From a virus (Duplodnaviria > Caudoviricetes), in the IMG/VR virus record IMGVR_UViG_3300033120_000761, positions 1 through 64,000 of that record: a stretch of DNA of 64,000 nucleotides; one strand, written 5' to 3'. The first letter of the stretch is position 1; every line of letters begins with the position of its first letter. The translations under genes were made by a program, and so were the position numbers. The notes below the pieces were generated by a model, which searched no databases, was not told the origin of the DNA, and worked only from the letters and a program-made list of their open reading frames with translations. Shown piece by piece: positions 19,501 to 32,317 of this stretch.

Positions 19501-20614
19501 ATCAAACTTTTGAATCCTTAGATCATAGGGTTCTATTTGCGTTATTCATCTTAGATTCACAACTCAAAGGCGGTTATCAAATATCGCCTTGCTATCAGAG
19601 CACGGGATTTTCAAATGCCGAGGTAGAAACTTTTATCGTCAATGATGTTATCAATCATCACAATCTAAGCTGGCATGATCGAACAAGACTCATATTTCCT
19701 GAGAAGTCTTGGAATGAGTTATGGGAAGATGATGAATTAGATATTGATCATGGACAAAGATTCGAAGCAGTCCTGAGACATGTAAATCAAGATCTTAATC
19801 TTCCAGATGAACAAATGTTTCTAACTTGCCGGGAAGATGGATATAAGGATGATGATGGAGATGAGATCTCATTTAACTGGAACATCATTAAATGGAGAGA
19901 AATCTAATGGGTCTTCAAGTAAAACTCTACCATGTAAATATTTGCACTTATTGTTGGAATGATGATTTCGATATTCATTGCCCGAATTGCAGACCACAAG
20001 TCTCGGCCAAATATTCACAACAAACTCGAATCCCCATGGATATTCTTCCGATCACATACACTAATTTAACTCCGTTAGATATTCCAGTGATTAAGAAAAA
20101 CTATTATCTAGAGGTAGAGAAACAACGCTTTGAAAAAGATGTATCGGATGCTGAATTAGAATACTTCTTATATTGGGCAGCTCATACCGGAGTTTATCCG
20201 ATTAGAACATCTGACATCGGTTGGGTAAAAGATAATGAACCATTAACGGGCCATGCCTTTAGAGGCTTTGTAACCGGAGTAAAATTTAATAAGAGATTGG
20301 TGAAATAGTATGAGTATCTTTCAATGTGATCAATGTGGCTGTTTAGAAAACTCGGCACTCTCAGGAACCTATCATATTAGAAACGCGAAGGATCTAATGC
20401 CAAAAGAACTCTTAGGTAAAAAACTCTGCTGCGTCTGTGGGCCTGAGTATTATCCTGGCGGGACTAAAAATCCTAAAACGGGTAAGTGGCATGAGAGATT
20501 CAAAAGGTTATTCTTTCCAAAAAATACGCTCTATACAGATGGCCAAGGAAACGTAAGAGAAATCTTATCTGATCTTCCACCTGATAGATCAAAAGGATCA
20601 GAGGAAGAAATTAA

Positions 20615-21082
20615 ATGAATGGTAAATCTGCTCTATTCTCAAAGTGTGGAAAGTATCGATATCGATTACATCGAGTATGGGATGAGAAATTACCTCACGC
20701 CAATATTCTAATGTTCAATCCATCGACTGCCGATGCTGAAACAGATGATCCAACGATTAAATCATTAACCAGAATAATGACGGCAAACGAGTTTGGATCT
20801 TTCACGGTTTATAATATTTACGCTTTCATTAGTCCTTATCCGGCAGGGCTAAAGAAGATGACCGAACAGGATAAGCTGGGAGATAATCTTAAGATCTTAA
20901 GAGAGATAAAACATGAGCCTGTCATTATTGCTTATGGGAAGCTCGGAAACTCAGTAGAGAATAAAAACTTTGTTGAAGGTTACTTCGATCAGATCTACAG
21001 CTTCGGATCTAATAAAGATGGATCACCAAAACACCCTTTATATCTAAAAACTGAAACTAAAATAATTACTCACTGGTGGTAA
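20615..21082 (+). CDS. DUF1643-family protein
   Basis: GKYRYRLHRVWD, MFNPSTADAETDDPT and KHPLY motifs. Confidence 0.85.
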   Translation: MNGKSALFSKCGKYRYRLHRVWDEKLPHANILMFNPSTADAETDDPTIKSLTRIMTANEFGSFTVYNIYAFISPYPAGLKKMTEQDKLGDNLKILREIKHEPVIIAYGKLGNSVENKNFVEGYFDQIYSFGSNKDGSPKHPLYLKTETKIITHWW

Positions 21083-24000
21083 GATGGGAACATCAATTGA
21101 AAACAAAGATCTATTAAAGTTTGCTCTAGATGAAGCACGCGGTGAAAACCATAAGCTCAGATTAGAGAACATAGAATTGAAAGATTCTAATCACGAGCTA
21201 TCTATGAAGCTTGATAATCAACAAGCTCAGATAGAACTCTTACAGCAAAATCTATTTGAGAAATTGCCAGGATATCAGGACTGTTGGGGAGATCTAGAAA
21301 CTCTCACTCATGATGAATTAAAGGAACGAACTAAATTAATTCATTCATGGGTGAAACTTCATCAATTTGGAGTCAATCAGGCAAACAAGATTAAGAACGA
21401 TACGATCGATGATATTCGTTTCATGGCGGGATGGGTGGTTCTTCCAGCAATTCATCACCAAGATATTTGGCAGGAAGAAATGGATAGATTAAAAACATTT
21501 GAACGTAAATACGGGATTAACAGATAATGGATAAAGAAAAACTAATTGAGAACAGCACTACAATTTTGATGGGTGCCATAGAGAAGATCGAAGATGTTGA
21601 GAAACAAGTGAATAACGTTTTCACCTTATTTAATCGAGCTATTGTAAATCTTCAACGATTAGCTCCCGTGAAAGCTTATTATGACTCTATTTACCCGCCA
21701 GATTTCAAATGGGATACCTGTTGTAACGGAAGAGATTGCGCCTGTATGGGGATGCCTATCGATCCAGAGTGGCACATTCAACAGCTCTTAAATAAGATCG
21801 TTGCTGAGACGGAAGAGATCGCTAAAGAAATGGGTATAAAACCATGAGCACGATAAGTAAGAAAGTGGCGATAAAGAAAGGATTGAAGCTACTAAGAGAA
21901 ACATTAAAACATTCGCATTGGACATCTAGATTCGCAGTCATGACCGTGAAGAGTTTAAATATTCTAGAAAAGAGAGTTCCAGGATCGAAGCATCTAATCA
22001 GAAAAGCTGTAGATGTGATGTACGAAAATGAAAAAACCACTTAAAAAGCATTGGCCCAATAACCAACCTGAAAAACAAGGCAGATCTGTATGCGGAGCCG
22101 TAGGGTTCTTTATGGAATATGCTGATCAAAAAAATCAAGTCGATTGTAAAGTTTGTAAGGGACTTCTCATGGTAGAAGCTGGTAGAATCGATCAGCTACC
22201 GTTCGGTGGAGATCTCGATAAAAATGGAAATGAAAGAAAACGTAAAGGCAGAGAAAGGAGTAATGAGTGGACAAATTAATTGATCTAGAAAGTATCGATC
22301 CCGTGAGAGCTATATTCAAGCGTCATGATTATATGTTTTATAAGGCCCAAGATCGCTTATACGAGGCTAAGAGAAGATCAGATAGATCAAGTATCGCCGA
22401 GATGAGTTCAATCGCCCAGTACTTCATTATGGACGTTATAAAGACCCTTGAACAAAGGGGTGAAATCAGATCCGGTAGGGTCACAGCAAAATACGATAAA
22501 GAAAAGGATCAATTTGAATTGTATCTAACCGTCGATATTGGATTCATGAAAGGCCCTAAAGATCTTGAGATGCTATTAACAGAACAAAATGTTTACTTTG
22601 TTGAGCGTAATGTATGAATAAAAAACTAAATGATGATATCGGATTAGACCTTGATATAGTGGATCGAACTGTAGATTTCAGATCTTATAATGACACATCT
22701 GTTTTTAATCCAGCAGAGGTAGAACTTAGATTATTGAGAGAATCGGTTCAAAGAATCATCGATCACATGAACCCATTATCGGGCATAGGATATATGGAAG
22801 CCGGATCTCCCATTCACGCAGAACTTCTTCATTCAATGAGACAATATTCTAGACGGCCCTCACCACCAAAGTATCTTAGATTCATTTCTCATAAAGATTT
22901 AGGTATAGAAGAGTACAAGAATATGTTCCAGAGTTTGAGATGTATGAATTAGATCGAACAACATTCTTAGAAACGGTAGAATCTCATCCGATCAAAACCC
23001 AGGAAAAGAAAGATGAGATGATTCAAAACTATCTCGATTATAACGTCAATCATCGAATCCAGTTAGAGTGTAAAAAGTGTTATTCAGAAAATAGTCCTGA
23101 AACTGCTGAATACCTCAGAGAGTTAAAATCCTTCGCTATGGCATCAATCAATTATTTAATTATGGGCGGACTCATTGAAAACTCATCAATCGACTTTGAT
23201 TTAAGAATTGTTCATTTTCAAAAGGGTGATTTCAGGGTTAAAGTATTTCACAAAGATTGGTATAGAAACGGTAAAAAAGAAATTGAATATCAATTCAAAC
23301 ATAATAGCAGGAGAAGCCTATGACGCAGAAAAAATGTTACATCACAATTGAGACTTTCACTCGAAGCAGTTTATTTTCATTATCTATGTTCGATCAAACC
23401 CCATCATTAGTAGAATCAACTATGGTAGTTGATCTAGATAAATTATCGGCAACACTGGCAGGGATCGGAGCAGACTCTAATAAAAAAGTTAAGAGAATCG
23501 TAGTCGGTGAAGAAATATCTTTTATCACAACTTATGAAGTACCTGATCTAACAAGATTCAAACCAAACTTGAAGACAGAAAAATATAGAGAAGATGGGGC
23601 GCTTTACTTAAACGCCAATGCAAGCGAATTAAGTAATGCACCAATCACGCAGGAAGAATTATCTAGAGGTCAAAGAGTTGTTAATCTTAAACCATTAACT
23701 GATGATGAGATGCTTGATATGTCTATGACTAAATCTCAATTTGATAAACTTCATACAGGCCCTAGAGAACGCGAAGTCGGAGAACAACCATTCAAGCCTG
23801 CAACGCGAGATGAATTAATGGCATTTGATAATATGGATCTTCCAGAACTTCCGGGATCTGATAAAAAAGAAAAGAATATTCTGGATGCAATCAACCCACA
23901 AGATCGTAACTTTTCTACAAAGAAACTTGTAACAACTTCTTATCCTAGAGATCCTCATGGTCCAATGTTTGATTCAGTCGAAGACATTGATGATGAAGCT

Positions 24001-24530
24001 GGAACACCGATTGGGAAAGATCTAGAAAAGGCGACTTATGACGAGGAAGATGAGAACTCAGCGTTATTTGACGATCATTATAACGAAGCTCCAGACTTTT
24101 TCTTAAATAAAGAAACCGGTAGATATGAATCATTGATCTTATCAGAAGATCTAGAAGTCGATGATCTATTAGGTGTTGATACTGAAGCCTCACATTCCGC
24201 CGGTCATGTTGTTTTTGAGCAAGACTATACTCCGCTATCTAGGAGATCGGAATCGATTGAACCAGAAGTTGAAACAGTTATCGAAGAGCCAACAGTAGAG
24301 ATTGAAGACACAGAAGAACCAAAAGAAACTCTAGCCTCTGCTCTATCAAATGCAATCGATAAATCAACTGAAGCAAAAGTAACAAAGAAAATCGAGGATA
24401 GAGATTATCCAGAAATGGGTGGTGTATCTGAACACAGAAGATCTATGCAACAGAATAAAATCGTGATGCCTAAGATCGAACATAATCCACCGACTAGAAA
24501 GAAAACATTTACTAGAAGATAAGCCCACTG

Positions 24531-25373
24531 ATGGGCCTGGAGATTTATATGAAGAAAATTTTACCCTTATTACTATTGATGGTATTAGCGAGCTGTGGAA
24601 CAACGCCAGTTCAAACTAAGCCAGAAGTTAAACCAGATCCTATTATCACTCCATCAGTTCCAGAAACTCCGGTTGTTGAAGTTCCTGCTACTGTAGATCT
24701 ATCGGCGATCTCGAATATTGCAAAGGAGAGTTCTTGCTCATCTTATAAATGGAAAGATAGAAGCAAAGCTCCCGCAGGATATATCAGAGGAATGGCATTA
24801 GCTTATGCTCGTGAGATCTGCTTCCCATCGGCTGTAGCGAATCAAAAACTTGGATCTGATCAAACGGATGCCCTAACTTGGTTAAAGCTTCCAGCGACCT
24901 CTAAAGCTCTTTATACAATGATCATTGGTGCAGGGATGAGAGAATCATCTGGAAAGTATTGTGAAGGTAAGGATGCTTCAGCAAGTAACGCAACGGCGAC
25001 TACCGCAGAAGCAGGATTATTTCAAACATCTTATAATGCAATGTCTAGTTCACCAGAGCTAAAAGCATTATTCAATGACTATAGAAACAATAAACATAAT
25101 TGCATCGAAGACTTTAAAGATCCTGCAATCACTTGTACTAAAGCAATGTTGAAGAACTGGGGAACGGGAGATGGTTTAGTTTTTCAAGAACTAGCGAAGT
25201 CATGCCCAGTATTTGCAGTTCAAGTAAAAGCTATTACCTCAAGAGTGATCAGAAAACATTATGGCCCTATCAACAGAAGAGAAGTTGAATACAATCTCTC
25301 ATGCGAATCGATGCTGACAAAGGTTGAAGCCGTAATCAAGACTCATCCTGAACTTTGCGAAGGCTTAAAATAA
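24531..25373 (+). CDS. Lipoprotein with lysozyme/lytic-transglycosylase-like domain
   Basis: Lipobox VLASC after MKKILPLLLL; Pro/Val linker; MRESSG catalytic-Glu motif and AGLFQ. Confidence 0.7.
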   Translation: MGLEIYMKKILPLLLLMVLASCGTTPVQTKPEVKPDPIITPSVPETPVVEVPATVDLSAISNIAKESSCSSYKWKDRSKAPAGYIRGMALAYAREICFPSAVANQKLGSDQTDALTWLKLPATSKALYTMIIGAGMRESSGKYCEGKDASASNATATTAEAGLFQTSYNAMSSSPELKALFNDYRNNKHNCIEDFKDPAITCTKAMLKNWGTGDGLVFQELAKSCPVFAVQVKAITSRVIRKHYGPINRREVEYNLSCESMLTKVEAVIKTHPELCEGLK

Positions 25374-26260
25374 GATGATAACAGCGACTCTGAAATCAGA
25401 AGTAATTACTGAGCTAGACTATATTCCTGGGGAACATCAGAGAATTATCCTGAAAGATCCAGACTATAATAATGGTAAAGAATCTCACTTTCTGGTTTCA
25501 GAGATCGTTCATCACGTCGATATCGGGATAGGGCATACGGTTGAAGTAAAGCTTATCAAGACGAGAAAAAGATGAATGTAGAAATATCGGTCAAAGACCA
25601 TAGACAGGTGAATGAAGATTTCGATAAAATAGTTAAGTTCTTGAGAGGATATAATTATGCTAGATAATCCGCAATACCTAGAATCAGATAAAGAATATCT
25701 TTTCTTAAAACCCAAGACCTTTTATCCTGTTTTAGTAAAACTTACGATCAGAACTCATTACGGTAAGCCACGTGGTTGCTATTTCATTTCAACTGAAAAG
25801 GCCGGCTGGCTCAGGATCTCAGATCAGAAGTTAAAGAAGATGAACCTAAAGTTTATATGGGAGATATCATGAACTTTGTTAAAGCAGTTTTTAATCGATA
25901 CAAGATAGAGAAAAAATTAAATGAGATTGACCCATTTCTATCAATCAGAAAAGAGATCGGAGAATCTAATAGAGATTCAACTTGCAAGATTCACATTATA
26001 ATTGATCAAGGAAGAAAACACGGATTCCATGATGATGATTATATTTGGAGAGTAAGATTTCAACTTCTCAAGACCGGGACTAAAAGATTGATCATTCACC
26101 ACCTGTCATATGATATGGATAATAAGATTCAACCGTTAATCGAGACTTATCAAGCTGTTTATGGCGATGCTGTAGGACTTCATAAGTATGGAAGAAATAA
26201 AGAAGTTGTCAGTTTGTTAATAGATTATGCTGAAACATATCTGTAAAACTCAAAATTAAT

Positions 26261-26289
26261 TTGATTTCGTATTTTTTAAATAATAAGAT
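26261..26289 (+). promoter_or_regulatory. Putative sigma70-type promoter
   Basis: TTGATT-N17-TAAGAT. Confidence 0.55.
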
Positions 26290-27833
26290 TCTTTTTAAAT
26301 CCTCAACTATAAACATCGTTCTCGCAAAATCTGGTTATGTTCTGAGGATTGTTACACAGTTAAAGTATGGATTGCTGGGTTCGGGACGCTGAATAATTCC
26401 TGGCCCTGCTTTAACTAATTTGGAAATGGTAATGGAACAGCTTGGAAAAGATTTAATTCATTTAGTTAAGCTTAGAAAATTAGCTCAAAGCCACGGTTCT
26501 CATCCAAAGATCATCGAAAACTTATCTACCCAAATATCAAATAAATCAAAACAAATTATGGAAGATCCCACCGTGAAAGAATCGGTGATCTCACAATTAA
26601 AACTAATCAAGGAGAATTCAAATGTTAGAAGTAATCAAAACTAACCCACTGGCAACGGCATTCATTATCTTATCGACTCTGCAATTAGGATTCAATCTGC
26701 TAACTATTCTAAGATTTAGAAAAGCAGAAAAGAAAATTGGGGATCTGATTTATAAAACTAGAAGAGTACAATAATGGAGCCGGTAGATATAACATCTCTG
26801 ACTAAATTATTCTTAAGCCTTGGTTGCATCTATTTTGCCTGCAACATTGGGTACATATTCTTTGCTATAGTCAGGGATACTCAAACGGCCCATAAAGCGA
26901 ATAAGCACGCTGAGATCGCGCAAGAGCATTTAAAGCTTCATCATAAGCAATATGATATTCAATTAGAGAATAAGGTTAAAACCTGCACTCAATATTTAGA
27001 AGAAGTTGATCGAATCATCAATGAACAATTAAATCAGAACAGGTGGATCTTAGCGACTAAAAATCTGAAAAAGAAATTAGAGCAAGCAAGGGCAGGAGAG
27101 GAAGAGGCCAGCAATAAAGATATAAATAGGATCGACTCGTAACATTAGCAATCAAGCAAGTTGTGGGTGTCGAAGAGGTAGTTATGGGAGTAGGAGAAGA
27201 TGAATAAGATATTGAAGATTAGAAAAGGTACAGCAGTTTTTACTACGAAAGCTATCACGAATTCGATCGGTGATATAATCATCCCTAAAGGATCACTTGG
27301 AATTTTTAATTACTACAATCCCAAGATGATAAACTATCATATTATCTTTGATAACGTCGAAGTTAAGTCAATGAATCAAGGTGAATTCAAGATCTTAACA
27401 AAAGAAAATTTTATTACATCGATTGAGAATTGGTTAGATATAGATTAAGAGTATCGAATTTATCCCATTAACAAAAGAAACCTTCAGGAAAAGATAATGG
27501 ATAATTTAATTATTCCCGGCCCTAGAACAGATGATTGGGATAAGCTGACAAAGATTCAGAAGAATAAGTGCCTTTGTATGCTGTCGAATGATGTAACCAA
27601 TCTTAGAGTTTATATTCAACCCATCGATCAGAGAAATGATCCTGGATTAGCATTGAAGACTCAATACGGATCTTTGAAACTAGTTTACATCAGACAGGGA
27701 AAAGAAGTTCATTCAATCATTTCTGCTCAGGCAGGTGGTGGCGAGAAGTGAGTGATAAAACAAAAGAAGAAAAGGCCAGACGAGAAGAGGCAGAAGCTAT
27801 TGAGAAAAGTATCATCACAACAAGGATCGATTC

Positions 27834-28298
27834 ATGATAGCAGAAGCCATCACATCAGAACTCATTAGAGGGGCAAGGCCGCAGTCTCACCAAGATCTGA
27901 AAGACTTAGGTTGCACGGCAGTCATAGAGCTTCAATCGGGCGTATTTGAGTTCTTTCATAACGATACTTATGAATATGAAAAAGCTGAGAACTTTGATCT
28001 AGCGGGCTATGCAATCAAATGTAATGACTTCTTTCCACCATCGACTAATCAAGCCAGAAAATTCTTATCTATTATAAAAAGAAATCAGAGAACTTATGTT
28101 CACTGTCTCCATGGAAAAGATAGGACTGGTTTTTTATGCGCAGTTTATAATATGCAAGTTCTTGGTTGGGACTATTCTAAAGCCGTGAAAGATATGTTCG
28201 ATCATGGATTTCACAAGTGGCCGTATATTTGGTGGGTGCCATTCCTCTACAAATTCAGGAAGAATGTTCCATTAATTATTAATGGGGAGTCCCGATGA
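27834..28298 (+). CDS. Dual-specificity/tyrosine-phosphatase-family protein
   Basis: HCLHGKDRTG CX5R P-loop. Confidence 0.88.
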   Translation: MIAEAITSELIRGARPQSHQDLKDLGCTAVIELQSGVFEFFHNDTYEYEKAENFDLAGYAIKCNDFFPPSTNQARKFLSIIKRNQRTYVHCLHGKDRTGFLCAVYNMQVLGWDYSKAVKDMFDHGFHKWPYIWWVPFLYKFRKNVPLIINGESR

Positions 28299-28936
28299 AA
28301 CTTTTCTTACTAGAAAATAAAAGTCCAGATATGTTGGGGGATAGAGATATCTATGTTTCAGCCGTTGTTATTGCAGAAGATAAAGAAAGCGCAAAACGCA
28401 TTTATCCCAATGCTATGGTTAAGCATAAGCACGTTGACGGAACTGGGTGGTGTTATCGTTCAGGTCTAGGGAGGCTCCTAAATACGGCTTGGCCTGATAA
28501 TCTAAAACATATCAAAGCAACAGAGATCGGGATTGCAAAAACAAAGAGTGCAAAAGTCGTCTGCTCTGACTTTAACGGGGGTTGATCTTGAGAACAAGAG
28601 TTACATTTACGGCAATTATAGAATCAGTTAATGAAGTCGATTATTCAGTGATCGCATCTGAGATAGAATTATCTATTAAGCAGGTTGCGGGGGTTGAAGA
28701 AGTAGACGTTGGAATCGGGGAAGATGAGTAAAATAAAAACCGATGTTCTTATGATTGTTTTTCACACGGTAGATCCTCGACCGCCAGAAATATTTTATAT
28801 GAATAACTCAGAAGACGTAATTAAATATTCAAAGAGACTCGTAGAAATAACAAAGGCGAGATGTAAATTTGCAATCTATACTATTGGCGCTTGCATTGGA
28901 GATTATTCATGATCAACTGGACAATCGAACGATTTT

Positions 28937-29569
28937 TTGGAAAAGTCGCAGAGAAGATTTAAAATCATGCGAACAGGAAGAGATAAAGAACCTTCAATGG
29001 TTAAAGGAAGAATAACTATGTTCAGTTCATTTAATATTTTAAATTGGAAGCGGAAGAAAAAACATTCTCAACTTGCTCCCGCTACCTATTGGAATCAAGA
29101 TGGAACACCTTGGGATAAAGATGATGAATTGTCTACATCCCAACCCATCATTTATTGCTTCCTTCAACAGCATGGAGAGTATCACCCAGGATGGTATTTT
29201 ACCGACGAGGCAGAACAACTTCATGGCCCATTTGAAACAATCGAAGAGACTTGCAAAATATCAGAAGAGTATGGGTGGAGACTCAGATCGATTTACGATA
29301 TGTCTAATTCTAAATTAGATAGAAACGGAAAGGAGATTAAGATTGGTGATGTGGTTGCTCAGGCGATAACTCTCAATCACGATACATTTAAGGGATTCAC
29401 TTTCACTACAAGAATTTGCAGATGGTATGAAGGTGAAGTAATTCTAGATGGTGTTTACGGCTATTCTTGGCTCTATGATACTGATTCAAAAGAGCTGGAA
29501 GTAATCGATAAAGATACTGATATGAGTTCTTTAGAATATTATTTCTCAACAACATTCAGGAAACGATAA
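28937..29569 (+). CDS. Protein with C-terminal YopX-like segment
   Basis: LDRNGKEIKIGDVV resembles the YopX DKNGKEIYEGDI motif; start uncertain. Confidence 0.45.
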   Translation: MEKSQRRFKIMRTGRDKEPSMVKGRITMFSSFNILNWKRKKKHSQLAPATYWNQDGTPWDKDDELSTSQPIIYCFLQQHGEYHPGWYFTDEAEQLHGPFETIEETCKISEEYGWRLRSIYDMSNSKLDRNGKEIKIGDVVAQAITLNHDTFKGFTFTTRICRWYEGEVILDGVYGYSWLYDTDSKELEVIDKDTDMSSLEYYFSTTFRKR

Positions 29570-30903
29570 TGTCGGATAAGGCGAAAGAAGAGGAAGCTCT
29601 AAAGGCCCTAGCTAATATTTTTAGAGAGGCGGCAACTTTCGTTGATGAAAATAAAGAAGAGATAATAGTTGTACTATCATTTGTAAACGCGATTAAAAAA
29701 CTAGGAAATAATAATGACGAAAAAAATGAACTATGAAACAGATACGGGCGATCAGATCATGCTACCTATTTCAGAGGTAACGGGATTCACGATTGAAGAT
29801 GGAGAGTTTTTAATTCATTCAACAGGCGGCTCAAGACCGTCAGATGAATTAGAAAAAGATGAGTTCATTAGAAAGTTAGGTGAATGGCATACTTATCTAA
29901 AATCAGAAAAGGGTAAATAATCATGACCAGAAAAGTTATCTTCTTTAATAACGCCAACCCTGAGCTAGAGCAAGAATTGGAAAAGGAATACCCGATTGGC
30001 ACGTCTGATGTTCAGATCGGGTTTGATTTTGATCAGTGGATTCTATCAGAATTAGAGGGGGCAATCGGCTGGTACGATAAAGAAGAGAAGAATATCAAAC
30101 GGATAGACGATTAATATTTATAGCAATTTTGAGTTAGGAGAGATATCTTCCGGTGAAATATCATAGGACGGTCCCATGAACGAAGAAATCTATAAAGATC
30201 AGGCTCCGATAAATAACTCTGTTGGCGAGAGAACTTTCTCAAGCGCTCATACCCGATGGGGGATCAAAGGAATAGAATCGGCCTTTGCTCAAAGGATAAG
30301 AAACGCTCGTAACTTTGATGAGCTTGATACAATTCAGATCGAAGTAAAAGCAGATATTCATCTACATCAAATGATAAAAAATAATTTATTAATCAACATT
30401 GACCGCCAAAGAGAAGATCTATAATTATCATTATAAATTACATGGCATTATTTTATTCAAGCCTACTATTACTATTTTCAATAATGGCCAGTCATGGTTG
30501 CTGCAAAAATAACCTGTCTGCCATCTATCCCTATAGCGGGGTTTTTATTTTATCAAATGTGATCGGGTATCTTACTCGACGGAAGATTCCTTATTTTTTA
30601 TGCGAATGACGATATCTAAATTAAAAGAAATGATCTTGGAGAGAATATGATAGCTCAAGTTTTAAAATTCAGAATCGGGCAGGGTGAGAATGATATCATT
30701 ATGACTGAGGGATCTAAGGTCATTGAATTTAATTCTCAGGGTGATGATTTATTTATATGGGCAGAAGTTCCTAAGACTGATGATCATATTAAGAGGAGAG
30801 TTAAATATTTTGGAACCGGATGGGAAGTAGATACTGAGAAATGGTCATATCTAAAGACGACTCATCATCACGGATTCGTCTGGCATCTTTACGAAGCTAA
30901 ATA

Positions 30904-31254
30904 ATGAAAGAAGCAATCATCACGGGTGGGAGAACCTATTCTAATCGATCCCACCTATTCAAAATATTAAAGGCACTAAGGGTTAAGAAAATAATCAACG
31001 GCGGTTGTTCCGGTGCGGATGAACTATCGACCGATTTTGCTATAGAGCATAAACTCGAATTTGAAATAGAAAAGGCGGATTGGAAAAAGTATGGCAGATC
31101 CGCAGGCCCTAAGAGAAATAAGAGGATGCTGATAGATCATCCCGATGCCGTAGTAGTGGCTTTCAAGGGTGGTGATGGAACTGAGAATTGCATCAATCAA
31201 GCATTAAGAATGGAAAGGCTCGTTATCAGGGTAGAAGAGCCAGAAGATTTTTAG
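30904..31254 (+). CDS. SLOG-fold protein (DUF2493/YspA-like)
   Basis: IITGGR, GGCSGAD, ADWKKYGRSAGPKRN, AFKGGDGT. Confidence 0.85.
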   Translation: MKEAIITGGRTYSNRSHLFKILKALRVKKIINGGCSGADELSTDFAIEHKLEFEIEKADWKKYGRSAGPKRNKRMLIDHPDAVVVAFKGGDGTENCINQALRMERLVIRVEEPEDF

Positions 31255-31305
31255 CTTTTAAGGAATCATGTTACACTGGAATCTCAAATATTCCAGGAGA
31301 TAACA

Positions 31306-31923
31306 ATGTTAAAAAAGCTATTAAACAAATGGTTTGGTTGGTTCAAAGATGAGTTCAATCCGATCGAAGTAAAACCAATTGAAGCAAAGCCGGAAGTTAT
31401 TCAACCTCCGATCAAAGAAGAAATTCCAGCTGAAGTAAAACCAGTAGAAGAAGTTAAGCCGATTGAGGTGAAACCAGAACCTGTTAAGCCCGCTCCTGTT
31501 GAGATTAAATTATCAGCATACGAGATTGCAAAAAAGGAAATGGGAGTATCTGAGATCGAAGGATCTAAGCACAATCCAAAAATTATTGATTACCATGCGA
31601 CTACAAAAGGTAAGGCAACAACAGATGAGATCTCGTGGTGCTCGGCCTTTGTTAATTGGTGTTTTCTAAAGGCCGGAATTATCGGAACTAATGCGGCTAA
31701 TGCTAGATCTTGGTTGAAGTGGGGAGTCGAAGTTAAGGAACCAAAAGAAGGTGATGTCGTAGTTTTTTGGAGAAACAAAAAAGATTCTTGGGAAGGTCAC
31801 GTAGCTTTCTTTGTTAGATTCGATGGAAACTATGTTGTTTGTCTTGGCGGTAATCAGAGTAATAAAGTCTGTAAGGCAAATTACTTGAAGTCTCGCGTTC
31901 TAGGATATAGAAGAGAGAAATGA
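31306..31923 (+). CDS. TIGR02594-like CHAP/NlpC peptidoglycan hydrolase (endolysin candidate)
   Basis: DEISWCSAFVNWC, ARSWLKWG, GHVAFF, LGGNQSNKV; EVKP-rich N-terminal linker. Confidence 0.88.
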   Translation: MLKKLLNKWFGWFKDEFNPIEVKPIEAKPEVIQPPIKEEIPAEVKPVEEVKPIEVKPEPVKPAPVEIKLSAYEIAKKEMGVSEIEGSKHNPKIIDYHATTKGKATTDEISWCSAFVNWCFLKAGIIGTNAANARSWLKWGVEVKEPKEGDVVVFWRNKKDSWEGHVAFFVRFDGNYVVCLGGNQSNKVCKANYLKSRVLGYRREK

Positions 31924-32317
31924 ATCGTGAAATGAATAATTTTTTTGATAATACTAAAAGGCTTTCACCGGATAAGCTAACGAAGGTTTTAGACATTCTT
32001 AACAATGCCTATTTTGCCCTAGAAACGAATCCGGTGACCTTAGCCGATGCTGAACGAACCCTTTGTGACGAACCCCTTAAAATAGGGCAAGAACTCATTA
32101 TAGAGGCCATAGAATCTTTACAAGATCTTGAATGTTCGGGACTAAATAAACTTGATGAGATGCTATACGATCTCTCAACCTCTATTAATAAAATCAACAG
32201 TCTTAAGATCGATGTCTCGGTCGTTGAAAGAAACTAAATAAAATATTGAAATTCTCCATTTCGAATTATATAGAATTATATAAAATTATATAAATTTGGA
32301 ATTGGAAATGGTGAATT

